DNA from: an uncultured Verrucomicrobiae bacterium
GTDB lineage: Bacteria; Verrucomicrobiota; Verrucomicrobiia; Chthoniobacterales; UBA10450
Direction: 5' to 3'
Length of the DNA: 64,000 nucleotides
NCBI GenBank assembly: GCA_963726745.1
Contig: CAVSDR010000006.1
Span: 384,001 to 448,000 of the forward strand
Positions 1 to 10,112 of this stretch are shown one piece after another (position 1 is the first letter of the stretch; every line of letters begins with the position of its first letter). The notes below the pieces were generated by a model. It was not told the DNA's origin. It saw nothing but the letters and a program-made list of their open reading frames with translations, and ran no database searches. The position numbers and the translations under genes are program-made.

Positions 1-512
1 TCTTGTTCTCGTGCACGAACTCGATCGGCTCCTCGATCGTGACAATGTGCCGGGAGAAGTTGGTGTTGATGTAATCAATCAAGGCCGCCAGCGTGGTCGA
101 CTTGCCGCTGCCGGTCGGGCCGGTGACGAGGACGAGCCCGCCGCGCAGGTGGCCGAATTCCTTCACCACCGGCGGAATCCCAAGCTGCTCCAGCGTGGCA
201 ATCTTCGTGGGGATCAGACCGAAAGACCGCGCCGTAGCCGTTGGCTTGCTTGAGGAAATTGCACCGGAAGCGCGAGTGCGCGTCCATCTCGTAGGCAAAA
301 TCGAGGTCGCCCCGTTCCTCGAAGAGCGCCCAATTATCGACGCCGGCGATCTCGCTCAACATGTAGGCCGCTTCATCGCGCGTGACCGCTTCCTCGCGGA
401 TCGGCATGACGTCGCCATGCTTGCGGATCTTCGGCGGCTGACCTTCGCCGATATGCAAATCGGAAGCGCCTTCGCTTACCAGCACCTCGAAAAAAGCGTC
501 GATGTAAGCCAC
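1..512 (-). CDS. pilT: PilT/PilU-family type IV pilus retraction ATPase (runs off window start; 1-nt frameshift near 218)
   Basis: N-terminus [13 protein letters not shown]...DLDFAY...RFRCN. After the shift the other frame reads [13 protein letters not shown]...[19 protein letters not shown] (Walker A)...TIEEPIEF. Confidence 0.9.
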
Positions 513-514
513 GG

Positions 515-1630
515 CTACTTCTCCATCCCGAGATGCTGCCGCATCATCTGTTTTTGTTCGGAGCGCGCATAGGCTTCCTCGGCGGAAATCACTCCGGTGT
601 CGTAAAGATTGGCCAGCGCGTCATCCATTAATTGCATCCCGAGCTTCTTCCCGGTCTGGATGATGCCGGGAAGCATGTAGGTCTTGGCCTCGCGAATGAC
701 GTTGGCCACCGCCGGCGTGTTCGTGAGTGTCTCGAGCGCGAGCGCACGGCCGCTACCGTCCGCTTTCGGGACAAGTTGCTGGCTAATGATTCCACGCAGC
801 GATTCGCTCACCATGATGCGGATTTGCTCCTGCTGGTCGACCGGGAAGACGTCGAGCAAGCGGTCGAGCGTGCGCGAGGCGTTGCCGGTGTGGAGCGTGC
901 CGAGCACGAGGTGACCGGTTTCCGAGGCGGTAATAGCCAGCGAGATCGTCTCCAGGTCGCGCATTTCGCCGATCATGATCACGTCCGGATCTTCGCGGAG
1001 CGCGCCGCGCAGGGCCGCGCTGAACGAGGCCGTGTGCGTATGCACTTCGCGCTGGGTGATGTGGCAGCCTTTCGGCTGGAAGATGTATTCGATCGGGTCT
1101 TCCAGCGAGATGATGTGCTCATGGCGCTCGCGGTTCACCTGTTCCACGAGCGCAGCCAGCGTGGTCGACTTGCCACTGCCGACCGAGCCGGTGACGAGGA
1201 TGAGGCCGTTGTGAAAGCGAGTCAGCAGCTTCAGGTGCTCGGGCAATCCGAGCTCATCCATCGTCTTGACCTCGGTGTTGATGATCCGGAAGACGAGGTC
1301 GACTCCAAGTCGCTGCCTAACGACACTGGTGCGGAAGCGCCCGAACTCGGTCGCGTAGGCAAAATCGGCGTCGCCTTGCATCCCGAGGTGGGCCTTGTGG
1401 ACGTCCGGCAGGAAACCATCGGCGAGGGCGGCGGTCTCCTGCGCCGTCAGCCTGGGTGCGTCCGGCCAGATGGGACGGAGAATGCCTTGCATGCGCCAGA
1501 TCGGCGGCGCATTGACCCCGAGATGGATATCGGAAGCCCCGGCCTCCTGGCCAATCGCGAGATACTCGTCGACGTGCCGCAGGACATGGTGCGGAGTCTC
1601 AGCGGTGACTTCAACGGAAGCGGGTTCCAT
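515..1630 (-). CDS. pilT: PilT type IV pilus retraction ATPase
   Basis: ASDIHL, GSVGSGKSTT Walker A, EDPIE, ALREDPDVIMIGEMRD, GHLVLGTLH, GMQLMD. Start placed at ATG 1630 (MEPAS). Confidence 0.93.
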   Translation of the reverse strand: MEPASVEVTAETPHHVLRHVDEYLAIGQEAGASDIHLGVNAPPIWRMQGILRPIWPDAPRLTAQETAALADGFLPDVHKAHLGMQGDADFAYATEFGRFRTSVVRQRLGVDLVFRIINTEVKTMDELGLPEHLKLLTRFHNGLILVTGSVGSGKSTTLAALVEQVNRERHEHIISLEDPIEYIFQPKGCHITQREVHTHTASFSAALRGALREDPDVIMIGEMRDLETISLAITASETGHLVLGTLHTGNASRTLDRLLDVFPVDQQEQIRIMVSESLRGIISQQLVPKADGSGRALALETLTNTPAVANVIREAKTYMLPGIIQTGKKLGMQLMDDALANLYDTGVISAEEAYARSEQKQMMRQHLGMEK

Positions 1631-1716
1631 GCAGCAGGTGCGAAGTTCTTTCCCGCAGCCGCGAATGACAAGCCGGGAATGCGCGCGCGCCGCATTTCCC
1701 TGCCGGCCGCGCGCGG

Positions 1717-3322
1717 CTACTCGCACTCGCAGACGATGCGGAAGCCAACGTCGTTGCAGGAATAGCCGGGAAGATTTGAACCGCGCGCGGTCGTGCGCAG
1801 GCTGTTGAAGCGCGACTTCCAGCTGCCGCCACGGTAGACGCGCTTGGCCCCGGAGGTGGCGCCGCGCGGATTCACCCGCGGTGTCCCGCGATAGGTCTCG
1901 AAGAAATCGAGGCACCATTCCCAGACGTTGCCCGCCATGTCGTGCACCCCGAAAGGGCTGGCGCCGTTCGGAAACGCGCCCACGGGCGAGCTTTCGGCAA
2001 AGCCATCGTCGATCTCGCGATCGCTCCAGGCGAAGACGGTGTTCTTGTCGGCAAAATTCGCCAGGTCGCCCCGGCCGTCGTGCTGGCCCCACGGATAGCG
2101 GCGGCTGTCAGTCCCGCGCGCGGCAAATTCCCACTCGGCCTCCGTTGGCAGGCGGTATTTTTTGCGATCGCGCGCGCTCAGCCAGGAGCAGAATTTAATG
2201 GCCTCCAGGCTGCTGACATAGACGACCGGATGGCGATCGCCGGCGCCCGGGGCGCGCTTGCGGGCATGCGTCGGGTCGAAGACTTCATACTCCGCGTTGG
2301 TCACCGGAAACTTCGAGATGAAGAAGCGGCTCAACGTGACCTTCGAGAGCGGCCGCTCGTTCGGGCCAGCGTCGCGCCCTTCGCTACCCATGTGATACTC
2401 GCCGGAGGGGATGAAGAGCATGGGTCCGCCTAACGAGTTTACAAAAGGCGGAAACTCGGCGGCCGGGGCCGCTGCCGGGGCCGGCGCTACTTCCACCCGG
2501 TGCTCGACTGTCCGCGCCGCGGCGGCAGGAGCTGGCGGGGTGGGCGCGGGCGCGGAGGGTTTGTCGTCGTCATCCGACTGCCCGAGGTAGAGATCGACCA
2601 GGTCTTCGGCTTCCCCCGGGTCAATCCCGAGGTTTTCCGCCATGTTGATGAAGGCATCGCGCGTTTCATCGGTCATGCCGTCCTTGTCCAGATTGGTCAG
2701 CTGGAGCATGCGCATGAACTCCGCCTTCGGATCGCCACCGCGCGCCGGCCGGGAAGAGCGTGGGCGCGGAGGCGGCGTCGGAGCGACGGGGGCCGGCGCG
2801 GCTTCGGCGACCTTGCGGCGCGCGCCGCTTTCCTGCAGCTCGGCCTCGATGTAGCGCTCCATCTCCTCTGCGTTCAAGCCATGTTCGCGCCCGAAGCGAT
2901 GGAGATTGCGCTCCTCCTCCGGAGTCAGCACCCCGTCGGCCGTGGCAAAGGTCAGATACTTGTGAAACTCGGCCACGGCTTCGTCGTGCGCCTGGGCGGC
3001 CAGTTCCTGGTCGAGCTGCTGGCGGCGCGCGGGATCGAGCAGGCCGAGGCGTGCCTGCGGCGAGGTAGCGCGACGATTCGTCCAGCCCGGGCCGCAACAT
3101 TTGCGCGATCGGATTGCTCGGCTGGTTCTTCAGCGGAAGCTTTTTCTGCCACCAGCGCAGGAGCTCGCGGCAATGCCCTTCGATGACCTCGTTGGTGGGA
3201 TTTTGCCGCGGGTCGAGACAAAGGCGCTCATACAAGTTGGGCGACTTGTATTTGCTCCAGCCGTCCCATTTGTTGGGATCGTCCGGCAGCGGAATCGGAA
3301 AGAGAGACTTCACCGGAAGCAT
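1717..3322 (-). CDS. Multidomain protein: degenerate J-domain-like N-terminus, helical TerB-like segments, C-terminal FGE-sulfatase (SUMF1) domain; frameshift near 3058
   Basis: ORF 3322 (NLYERLCLDP...SSRYLA) joins by a 1-nt shift to QARLGLLDPARRQQLDQEL, which is in frame with ORF 1717..2976. C-terminus has FGE motifs RLPTEAEWEFAARG, FGVHDMAGNVWEWC, RGGSW, GFRIV. Confidence 0.85.
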
Positions 3323-3325
3323 CGC

Positions 3326-4888
3326 TTAGGAGACGCTCAGGGAAGCGAGTTCCGCCGCGGCTTCGGCCACCTCGTGCGGGAGGAGACCGGTGTTCCGTTC
3401 GATGGACATCTTGGTTTCTTCGCCGCAAATGAGGACCGCGATCTCGAGCACCTGGTTCTCGTTGTACTCGTAGTGCAGCTCCACCGGCGTGCCTTTGGGC
3501 AACAACGGCGGGAGATTGACCGCGCAGATGCCCAGCGGCGTGCACTCTGTCGGGAGGCTGCTCTCGCCCTCGACGATGCGCACGACCGCGCGCGACATGT
3601 TCGCATCGGCGGTGCCGAAGAAGTTGCGCGCGTTCGCCGGGATCGGGCTCATTTTCCGGATCATCGGAAAGACATACTCGGTCAGGAGGGTGTCGTCCCA
3701 GAGAACCACACCGAGAGTGTGCGAGGTGATGTTGTTCACCTGCATAAGCAAGCCGTCGCGGGAGGAAAATTGCTCGCGGGTGTCAGCCGGCAACATCTGT
3801 TCGCCCGAAGTTTCCTCCTCGCGCAGAAGCAGGAGGATGCCCTGGATGGCCGCGCCCACGGCGACCGCCTCATCGGGATTCACTTCATCGACCAAAGCCT
3901 GCGCCGAGAGGTCCTGCACGAGCGCGCGGACCATCGGCATGCGCGTCATGCCGCCGACCAGCAGCACTTTGTCGATTCCGGACCACTCGAGCCCGGCTTC
4001 GTTCAGGACAAGATCGCAGATCCCGCGGCAGCGCTCCACGAGATGCAAGGTCAAGCGTTCGAAGTCCTCTCGGGTGAGCTCGACCTTCAAGCTCTTGCCA
4101 TTGTAGCTGTGGACGATGGTCGTGCGGGCGCGGCTCGAAAGCTGGACCTTGGCTGCGAGCGCGCGGCTCTGCAGTTCCTGGTAGCTCTGCAGATCGAGCA
4201 AGGGATTCTCGCCATGCTCGCGATCGAACTCCTCGGCTACGTAATTGACGATCGCGTCGTCCCAATCTTTTCCGCCGAGGCGATGGTCGCCGTTGGTCGC
4301 GAGCATCTGGATGTTGTGCCCCTCGATCCGCATGAGGGTGACGTCAAAAGTGCCGCCGCCCAGGTCAAAGACGAACACCGTCTGGTCCTGGTCGAGCTTG
4401 TCGAGTCCGTAGGCCACCGCCGCCGCGGTCGGCTCGTTGATCACCTGGAGGACGTGGAAGCCGGCGAGCTGCCCGGCGGTGATCGTGGCCGTGCGCTCGG
4501 CGTCGTTGAAGTAAGCCGGGACGGTGATGACCACGTCGGTCACGTCTTCCTTCAGGTAGCGCTCGGCATCCGCTTTCAGCTTCTTCAGGATCAAGGCGGA
4601 AAGCTCTTCGGCGGAGTAGCGCTTGCGATCGAACTCGCGATGGAAATGCTCGCGCGACTTGCCCATCTCGCGCTTCACAAAATCGACGATCCGCTCCGGC
4701 TCGGCGACGGCGTTGTTCTTCGCCATTGTGCCGACGACTGCGGTCTCGCCCTCGAACAAAATCACGCTCGGAGTGATCCGCTCGCTTTCGCTATTCGGGA
4801 TGATCTGCGGTTTGCCGTAGGCGTCGATGTGCGCCATGGCCGAGAAGGTCGTGCCAAGGTCGATGCCGATTACTTTTCTGTGGGACAT
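3326..4888 (-). CDS. Hsp70-family protein (DnaK paralog lacking the C-terminal lid)
   Basis: GIDLGTT, TVPAYFND, INEPTAAA, FDLGGGTFDV, VGGMTRMP, NPDEAVAVGAA. Only 520 aa. Confidence 0.93.
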   Translation of the reverse strand: MSHRKVIGIDLGTTFSAMAHIDAYGKPQIIPNSESERITPSVILFEGETAVVGTMAKNNAVAEPERIVDFVKREMGKSREHFHREFDRKRYSAEELSALILKKLKADAERYLKEDVTDVVITVPAYFNDAERTATITAGQLAGFHVLQVINEPTAAAVAYGLDKLDQDQTVFVFDLGGGTFDVTLMRIEGHNIQMLATNGDHRLGGKDWDDAIVNYVAEEFDREHGENPLLDLQSYQELQSRALAAKVQLSSRARTTIVHSYNGKSLKVELTREDFERLTLHLVERCRGICDLVLNEAGLEWSGIDKVLLVGGMTRMPMVRALVQDLSAQALVDEVNPDEAVAVGAAIQGILLLLREEETSGEQMLPADTREQFSSRDGLLMQVNNITSHTLGVVLWDDTLLTEYVFPMIRKMSPIPANARNFFGTADANMSRAVVRIVEGESSLPTECTPLGICAVNLPPLLPKGTPVELHYEYNENQVLEIAVLICGEETKMSIERNTGLLPHEVAEAAAELASLSVS

Positions 4889-5027
4889 GGAGACAGGTTA
4901 GGAGATGGACCCGCCCTTCGTTTTTCTCGGAGCGTCGCCACCTAAAGTGCAGCTTTCGTGCCCACGGCGGAGAGGACTTTGCGCGACCGCGAGTTGCGCG
5001 GAAAAAAACTAGCCAGCCAGATGGCGG

Positions 5028-5744
5028 CTACGGGAAACGCTTCGCGATCACTTCCTCGGCGCGGAAAAGCTTCCCGTGCCAGAGAAACCCACGCTTCAAG
5101 CGCTGCACGATGCGGCCGTCTTCTTCGGCAAAATCCGCCAGCTCATAAGAAATGACTTTGTGCCAGCGACGGTCCACGCACTCCTGCGGCTCCAGCTCGC
5201 TCACCTCCACCCGATGCAGAATCTCCAGGAGCGCATCGACGGCGTGGCGGTGATTCTCAGCCCATTGGGCGGTTTGCGCGTTCGCATTTTCCACCCGCAA
5301 GAGCTGCGCGGAAAGCGCACTCATGTCGTCGTAAAGCGTGATCAGGTCGCGCAAAATCGGCTTTTGCAAGGTCTCGCGCATGAAGTCGTCGCGATAGCAC
5401 TTCAACTCTTCGTGCAGCGAATTGAAGAGGCGCTGATTTACGCTCTCGCCTTTCCGGGCCACTTCCAGCTGCGCCTCGATCCGGTCCAGCCGGTCGGCTA
5501 ATTGGTCGCTTCCTGCCGCCGGCGTCGGCGCGGCTACCTTCGCGAAGCCGTGCGCCATGGTCCGCGCGATCGCCGCCAGGGTTTGCTGCATTGCCTCGAG
5601 CCGATCTTCCTCCGGCGAAGCTTCTGCCAATGGTTGCGCGATTTTCGCCGGCGGCGCGCTCTTCGACGCTTCCGCCACGAGCTGCTGCATGGTGCTGGAA
5701 AACTCGTCCGAAAGTTCGATCTCGAGGGTCTCGATGTCGCTCAT
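5028..5744 (-). CDS. grpE: GrpE-like nucleotide exchange factor
   Basis: Coiled-coil N-terminal half, GrpE-type C-terminus (IVQRLKRGFLWHGKLFRAEEV), adjacent to Hsp70. Confidence 0.8.
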   Translation of the reverse strand: MSDIETLEIELSDEFSSTMQQLVAEASKSAPPAKIAQPLAEASPEEDRLEAMQQTLAAIARTMAHGFAKVAAPTPAAGSDQLADRLDRIEAQLEVARKGESVNQRLFNSLHEELKCYRDDFMRETLQKPILRDLITLYDDMSALSAQLLRVENANAQTAQWAENHRHAVDALLEILHRVEVSELEPQECVDRRWHKVISYELADFAEEDGRIVQRLKRGFLWHGKLFRAEEVIAKRFP

Positions 5745-5752
5745 GGTGCCGG

Positions 5753-7276
5753 CTATTTTTTCGGGGCGCGATAATGCCGGCTGATCGCCTCGACCAGTCC
5801 CGGGATGTCGTGTTTCCGTGCTTCCACCGCCACTTCCAGGCCGAGCTCGCGCGCCGTTTTCGAAGTTACTGGGCCGATGCTGGCGACTTGCATTCGCTCC
5901 GGCCAGGGAAGCTCCAGGGCCATGAAATTCTCCACCGTGGAAGAGCTGGTAAAAGTAATCAGGTCCGCGCCTTCCTCCACGAAACGACGGCGCGCGCCGT
6001 TATCATCGCGGGTCTCCGCAACGGTCCGGTAAGCGAACGCTTCATCAACGATGGCACCCATGGCTGTCAGTTCCTTGGGAAGCACGTCCCGCGCCTTCTC
6101 CGCCCGCGCCAGTAAAATGCGCAAGTTCTCCACCCCGCCTTGCTTCGCGAATTCCTTCACCACCGCCTCGGCCACGTATTCCTCCGGCTGAAGATCGACA
6201 TGGAGGCGGAAGTCCTTGATCCGCTGCGCGGTCGCCGGGCCGATCGCGGCGATCTTGGCGCCGCCGATTTCGCGCGCGTCGCTGTAGAGCTTGTAGAAGA
6301 GCTCGAAGAACGCGTTCACCCCGTTCGGGCTCGTGAAGATGATCCAGTCGTAGGCGTGCGCGTCCTGCACCAGCTCGGCAAAGGCGCGCAGGTCGCTTGG
6401 CGGTTCGATGCGAATGGTCGGAAGCTCGAGAACATCGGCCCCCAAGGCTTCGAGCTGTGCGCTCAGCACCCCGGCCTGGGTGCGCGTCCGCGTGACCACA
6501 ATCCGCTTCCCGGAAAGCGGACGGCCTTCGAACCAATTTAGCTTTTCGCGCAGCGCCACCACCTCGCCAAAGACCGCGACCGCCGGCGCTTCGAAACCTT
6601 CTGCCACCACCTTCCCGGCGATGTTTTCGACCGTGCCGGTGAGCGTTTGCTGCCGGCCAGTGGTAGCCCAGCGCACCAGCGCCACCGGCAGGTCCGGGCG
6701 CACGCCGTTCTCCAGGAACTCGCGCGTGATCGCGCCGATCCGCTCCACCCCCATCAGCATCACCTGCGTGCCGCCGAGTTTAGCCAGCGCGCTGAAGTCG
6801 ATCGAGCTCTCGGTTTTTTCCGGGTTCTCGTGCCCGGTGAAGAAGGTCACGTGCGAGTTGTTCCCGCGATGCGTGATCGGAATGCCCGCGTAAGCCGGAC
6901 CGGCGATCGCTGAGGTCACGCCCGGGACGATCTCGAACTCGAGCCCGGCTTCGGCCAGCGCGAGCGCTTCCTCCCCGCCGCGCCCGAAGACGAACGGATC
7001 GCCGCCCTTTAGCCTAACGACTCGTTTCCCGGCGCGCGTTTGCTCGACCAGCAGTTGGTTAATCCCCTCCTGCGAGAGCGTGTGCGCGCCGGCTTTTTTG
7101 CCCACGTAGATGCGCTCCGCATTTTCCGGAGCCCATTGCAGCATCGCCGGATTGCAGAGGTAATCGTAAACGATCACCTCGGCTTGCGTGATCAGTTGCT
7201 TCGCCCGGAGCGTGACCAGGCCGAGATCGCCCGGGCCCGCGCCCACGAGCGCACATTTGGTTGTTTTATCCGCCAT
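5753..7276 (-). CDS. cobA: Uroporphyrinogen-III C-methyltransferase / uroporphyrinogen-III synthase fusion (CobA-HemD)
   Basis: VGAGPGD, RLKGGDPFVFGRGGEE, VPGVTS, then a HemD domain (IVVTR, FTSPNGV, FTSSSTV). Confidence 0.95.
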   Translation of the reverse strand: MADKTTKCALVGAGPGDLGLVTLRAKQLITQAEVIVYDYLCNPAMLQWAPENAERIYVGKKAGAHTLSQEGINQLLVEQTRAGKRVVRLKGGDPFVFGRGGEEALALAEAGLEFEIVPGVTSAIAGPAYAGIPITHRGNNSHVTFFTGHENPEKTESSIDFSALAKLGGTQVMLMGVERIGAITREFLENGVRPDLPVALVRWATTGRQQTLTGTVENIAGKVVAEGFEAPAVAVFGEVVALREKLNWFEGRPLSGKRIVVTRTRTQAGVLSAQLEALGADVLELPTIRIEPPSDLRAFAELVQDAHAYDWIIFTSPNGVNAFFELFYKLYSDAREIGGAKIAAIGPATAQRIKDFRLHVDLQPEEYVAEAVVKEFAKQGGVENLRILLARAEKARDVLPKELTAMGAIVDEAFAYRTVAETRDDNGARRRFVEEGADLITFTSSSTVENFMALELPWPERMQVASIGPVTSKTARELGLEVAVEARKHDIPGLVEAISRHYRAPKK

Positions 7277-8184
7277 GATTCATTTGCTCCCAAAGTTTCG
7301 CCGCGAGCGCTTCCGGGTCGGGCGCGCCCGTGACCGCGCCCTGTCGCGGCGCGGTCTCGCCTTCATCAAAAATCTGCGCGCGCAGGGTCATGATCTCGCT
7401 GTCTAATTTTGCCAGCACGCCCACCGGCGTGCCGCAATCGCCCTGCAACCGCCGCAGGAACTCACGCTCCGCGTGGAGGCAAAGCAGGCTGGGCGCATGA
7501 TTCAGCGGCGCCAAGGACGCGCGCGTCTTTTCGTCCTCCGCGCGAATCTGGAGCGCGACAATCCCCTGCCCGCCCGCAGGCAAAAAGTCGTCCGCCGAAA
7601 GAATCGTCGTCCGGAAGCGCGCGCCCTCGAACTCGATCTCGCCGGCTGCGACCGGAAAGCCGAGCCGCTCGAGCCCGGCGCGCGCGAGCAGGATCGCGTC
7701 CCACGAGTTGCTGGCTAATTTCCGCAGCCGCGTGGGCACATTGCCACGCAAGCCGACGACCTCGAGCCCGGGACGCAGCCAGCGCAATTGATGCGCGCGC
7801 CGCACGCTCCCAGTCGCGATCACGCCGCGTGCCGGGAGTTCCGTCACGGATCTTCGCCACGAGCACATCCTCGAAGTTCGCCCGCGGAAGAGCCGCGGAA
7901 ATCATCAGGCCGTCGCTTCGCTCGCTCGGCAGATCCTTCGCGCTATGCACCGCGACATCGATCCCGCCCGCACGCAGCACCCGCTCGATCTCGGCGGTAA
8001 ACATGCCCTTCAAGCCGGCGTGCCGGTCGACCGGTTCTGGGCTGCGGCCACCGCGTTCGTCGCCGCTGGTGGTGATGATTTTGATTTCCACCTCCACGCC
8101 GTGCGCGCGCAATCCCGCCTCGACCATCGCCGCTTGCGCGCGCGCAAGATCGCTCCCGCGCGTGCCGAGAACAACGCGGCTCAC
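7266..8184 (-). CDS. hemC: Hydroxymethylbilane synthase (frameshift near 7852)
   Basis: GTRGSDLARAQ, KGMFTAEIE, AVHSAKDLP in one frame. ATGSVRR, RGNVPTRL, LARAGLERL, GDCGTPVG in the next. Confidence 0.92.
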
Positions 8185-9260
8185 GATTCGGACGCCCGCA
8201 ACGGCGCGTCGGGTAAAATGCGGTGCGGTTCCTCGCGCTGGCGGCGCACTTCCGTGCCATCCCGCCGCAGCCAGTCGCCGAAATCGGTCACGTGCTCGGC
8301 GATGATCGTCTCGCCCGCGGCGACCTGTTGCCGGCGCAGCGCCAGCGCCTGCTCCGCAACCGAGCGGAGCGAATCGATGTCGTAAAGGTAAACGCCCTCC
8401 ATCTCATTCACGTCGGGTGCAACGTCGCGCGGGACCGCGATGTCGATGATGAAAAGCGGCCGGTCCCAGCGCGGGCGGAGGATCGGGGCCAGCTTCGCCC
8501 GCGTGAGCAATGGCTCCTCGGAAGCAGTCGACGAGATCAGGATGTCGACCTCGCCGCATTCCTTTTCCCAGCCGGCAAACGGGACCGATCTTCCACCCAC
8601 GGCCGCGGCCAGGAGCTCAGCGCGTTCGCCTGAGCGATTGGTCACGCGCAGGTCGGAAACTCCGCGGGAAGCGAGCGCACGCGCGGTCCGCTCGCTGGTT
8701 TCGCCCGCACCGACCACCAGCACTTTGCGCGTGCGCAAGTCGCCGAAAATTTTGACAGCAAGATCGACTGCCACCGAGCCGACCGAGACCGCGCCGCGGG
8801 TGATCTCGGTGTGCGTGCGCACCTGCTTGGCCACGCGAAAGGCGCGCTGGAAAAGCCGATGCAAGACCGGCCCCGCGCCGCCGGAAGTGCGGGCCGCTTC
8901 ATACGCTTGCTTGGCCTGCCCGAGCACTTCGGTCTCGCCCACGACCATGGAGTCGAGCCCGGCGGCCACGCGGAAAAGATGCTGCACACAGGCCTCGGCC
9001 TCGTAGCGATAAAACGCGCTCCCGTCCTCGAATTCCTCCTCCGGCGCGGCCGCGCGCAGGCAGCGCGCGATCGTCTCGTTCGAGATCGTTTGCGGCGCGA
9101 CCGCGTAGACTTCCACGCGGTTGCAGGTGGAAAGCAGGAGCGCTTCGGCACAGCCGCTGCCTTCGCGCAGGGCGCGGTCGGCCTCGAGATTGCGCACGTA
9201 GCGCTCGCGCGTTTCCACCGGGGCGGTGTGATGGCTCAGGCCGACGCAGAAAAGATTCAT
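8181..9260 (-). CDS. hemA: Glutamyl-tRNA reductase
   Basis: LSTCNRVE, AGLDSMVVGETEVLGQ, VGAGE, DIAVPRD. Confidence 0.96.
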   Translation of the reverse strand: MNLFCVGLSHHTAPVETRERYVRNLEADRALREGSGCAEALLLSTCNRVEVYAVAPQTISNETIARCLRAAAPEEEFEDGSAFYRYEAEACVQHLFRVAAGLDSMVVGETEVLGQAKQAYEAARTSGGAGPVLHRLFQRAFRVAKQVRTHTEITRGAVSVGSVAVDLAVKIFGDLRTRKVLVVGAGETSERTARALASRGVSDLRVTNRSGERAELLAAAVGGRSVPFAGWEKECGEVDILISSTASEEPLLTRAKLAPILRPRWDRPLFIIDIAVPRDVAPDVNEMEGVYLYDIDSLRSVAEQALALRRQQVAAGETIIAEHVTDFGDWLRRDGTEVRRQREEPHRILPDAPLRASES

Positions 9261-9263
9261 TCG

Positions 9264-10055
9264 TTAGGCCGGCTGGCGCTGCGAGACAAAAGTGATCGCC
9301 CAGAGCACCGAGACCGCGGCGCTGAAGGCGAAGACGCAAAGCGCGGCCACGTGCTTGGGCGTGAGCCGGAGAAGATGGCGCCCGTGCAGGATCGCCGCGT
9401 AGAGGATCCAGATCCCGAGGGCGTAGGCCATCTTCACTCGCGGGAGCGGTTCGCCGGTAAAGAAGCCGCTGACTAAACCAACGGTATAAAGCAAAAATCC
9501 CAGCCAGAGCAGGCGGGTGATCGCCGCGTAGAGATCGGTCAGCGGCGGGAGGTGATGGAAAATGGAATGGAGTTGCCGGTGCTTCAATTGCCGCTCCTGC
9601 ACGAGATACATCGAGCCGGCGACGCAGGCGAGGGCGAAGGCGCCGTAGGCCACGATCGAGAGCGAGGCGTGCATCTCCAGCCACGGATTCACCGCCACCC
9701 GCGAGGCATGCGGCAGGTCGATCGGGGCGAGGAGCGCAAATCCTTGCATGAGCAGAACCAGCGGCGCGGTGAACGCGCCCATGAGCGAGAGTCGGTAGGC
9801 TGGACCGACAAGCAGATAAATCAGCGACACCGACCAAGCCAGGAAAACGAAGACCTCGAAGAGGTTCGTCAGCGGACAGCGGCCGAGCGCTTTCCCGCGG
9901 ACGTAGAGAAAGCCGGTCTGCAGCGCGAAGCCGGCCGCGATGGCGAAAAACCCGGCACGTCCTGGCTTGAAAACGCCGCCCTGCAGGAGCCAAAGCGACC
10001 GCACGACGGCAAAGAGAAAGCAGCCCGTCGAGGCGATAAGAAGAAGCCGGTCCAT
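9264..10055 (-). CDS. ccsA: Cytochrome c biogenesis CcsA/HemX-family membrane protein
   Basis: Multi-TM protein with PWLEMHASL and MYLVQERQLK, directly upstream of hemA. Confidence 0.8.
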   Translation of the reverse strand: MDRLLLIASTGCFLFAVVRSLWLLQGGVFKPGRAGFFAIAAGFALQTGFLYVRGKALGRCPLTNLFEVFVFLAWSVSLIYLLVGPAYRLSLMGAFTAPLVLLMQGFALLAPIDLPHASRVAVNPWLEMHASLSIVAYGAFALACVAGSMYLVQERQLKHRQLHSIFHHLPPLTDLYAAITRLLWLGFLLYTVGLVSGFFTGEPLPRVKMAYALGIWILYAAILHGRHLLRLTPKHVAALCVFAFSAAVSVLWAITFVSQRQPA

Positions 10056-10112
10056 TTTGCGGACCCGAATTTACGGAGCGCAGCCTTCCGACGCAACCAA
10101 CGCGAGGTCGCG

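Noticed and set aside
515..2092. 525-aa PilT with an extra N-terminal domain
   Set aside because: The upstream part overlaps the FGE gene in another frame. PilT similarity begins after ATG 1630.
7266..8184. hemC and other split genes as pseudogenes or programmed frameshifts
   Set aside because: Both halves keep their catalytic motifs, no shared slippery sequence is evident, and the pattern fits assembly indels.
8181..9260. Short HemA (359 aa) lacking most of the C-terminal dimerisation region
   Set aside because: Catalytic and NADPH-binding motifs are intact and the stop overlaps the hemC start, so it looks like a natural short variant.
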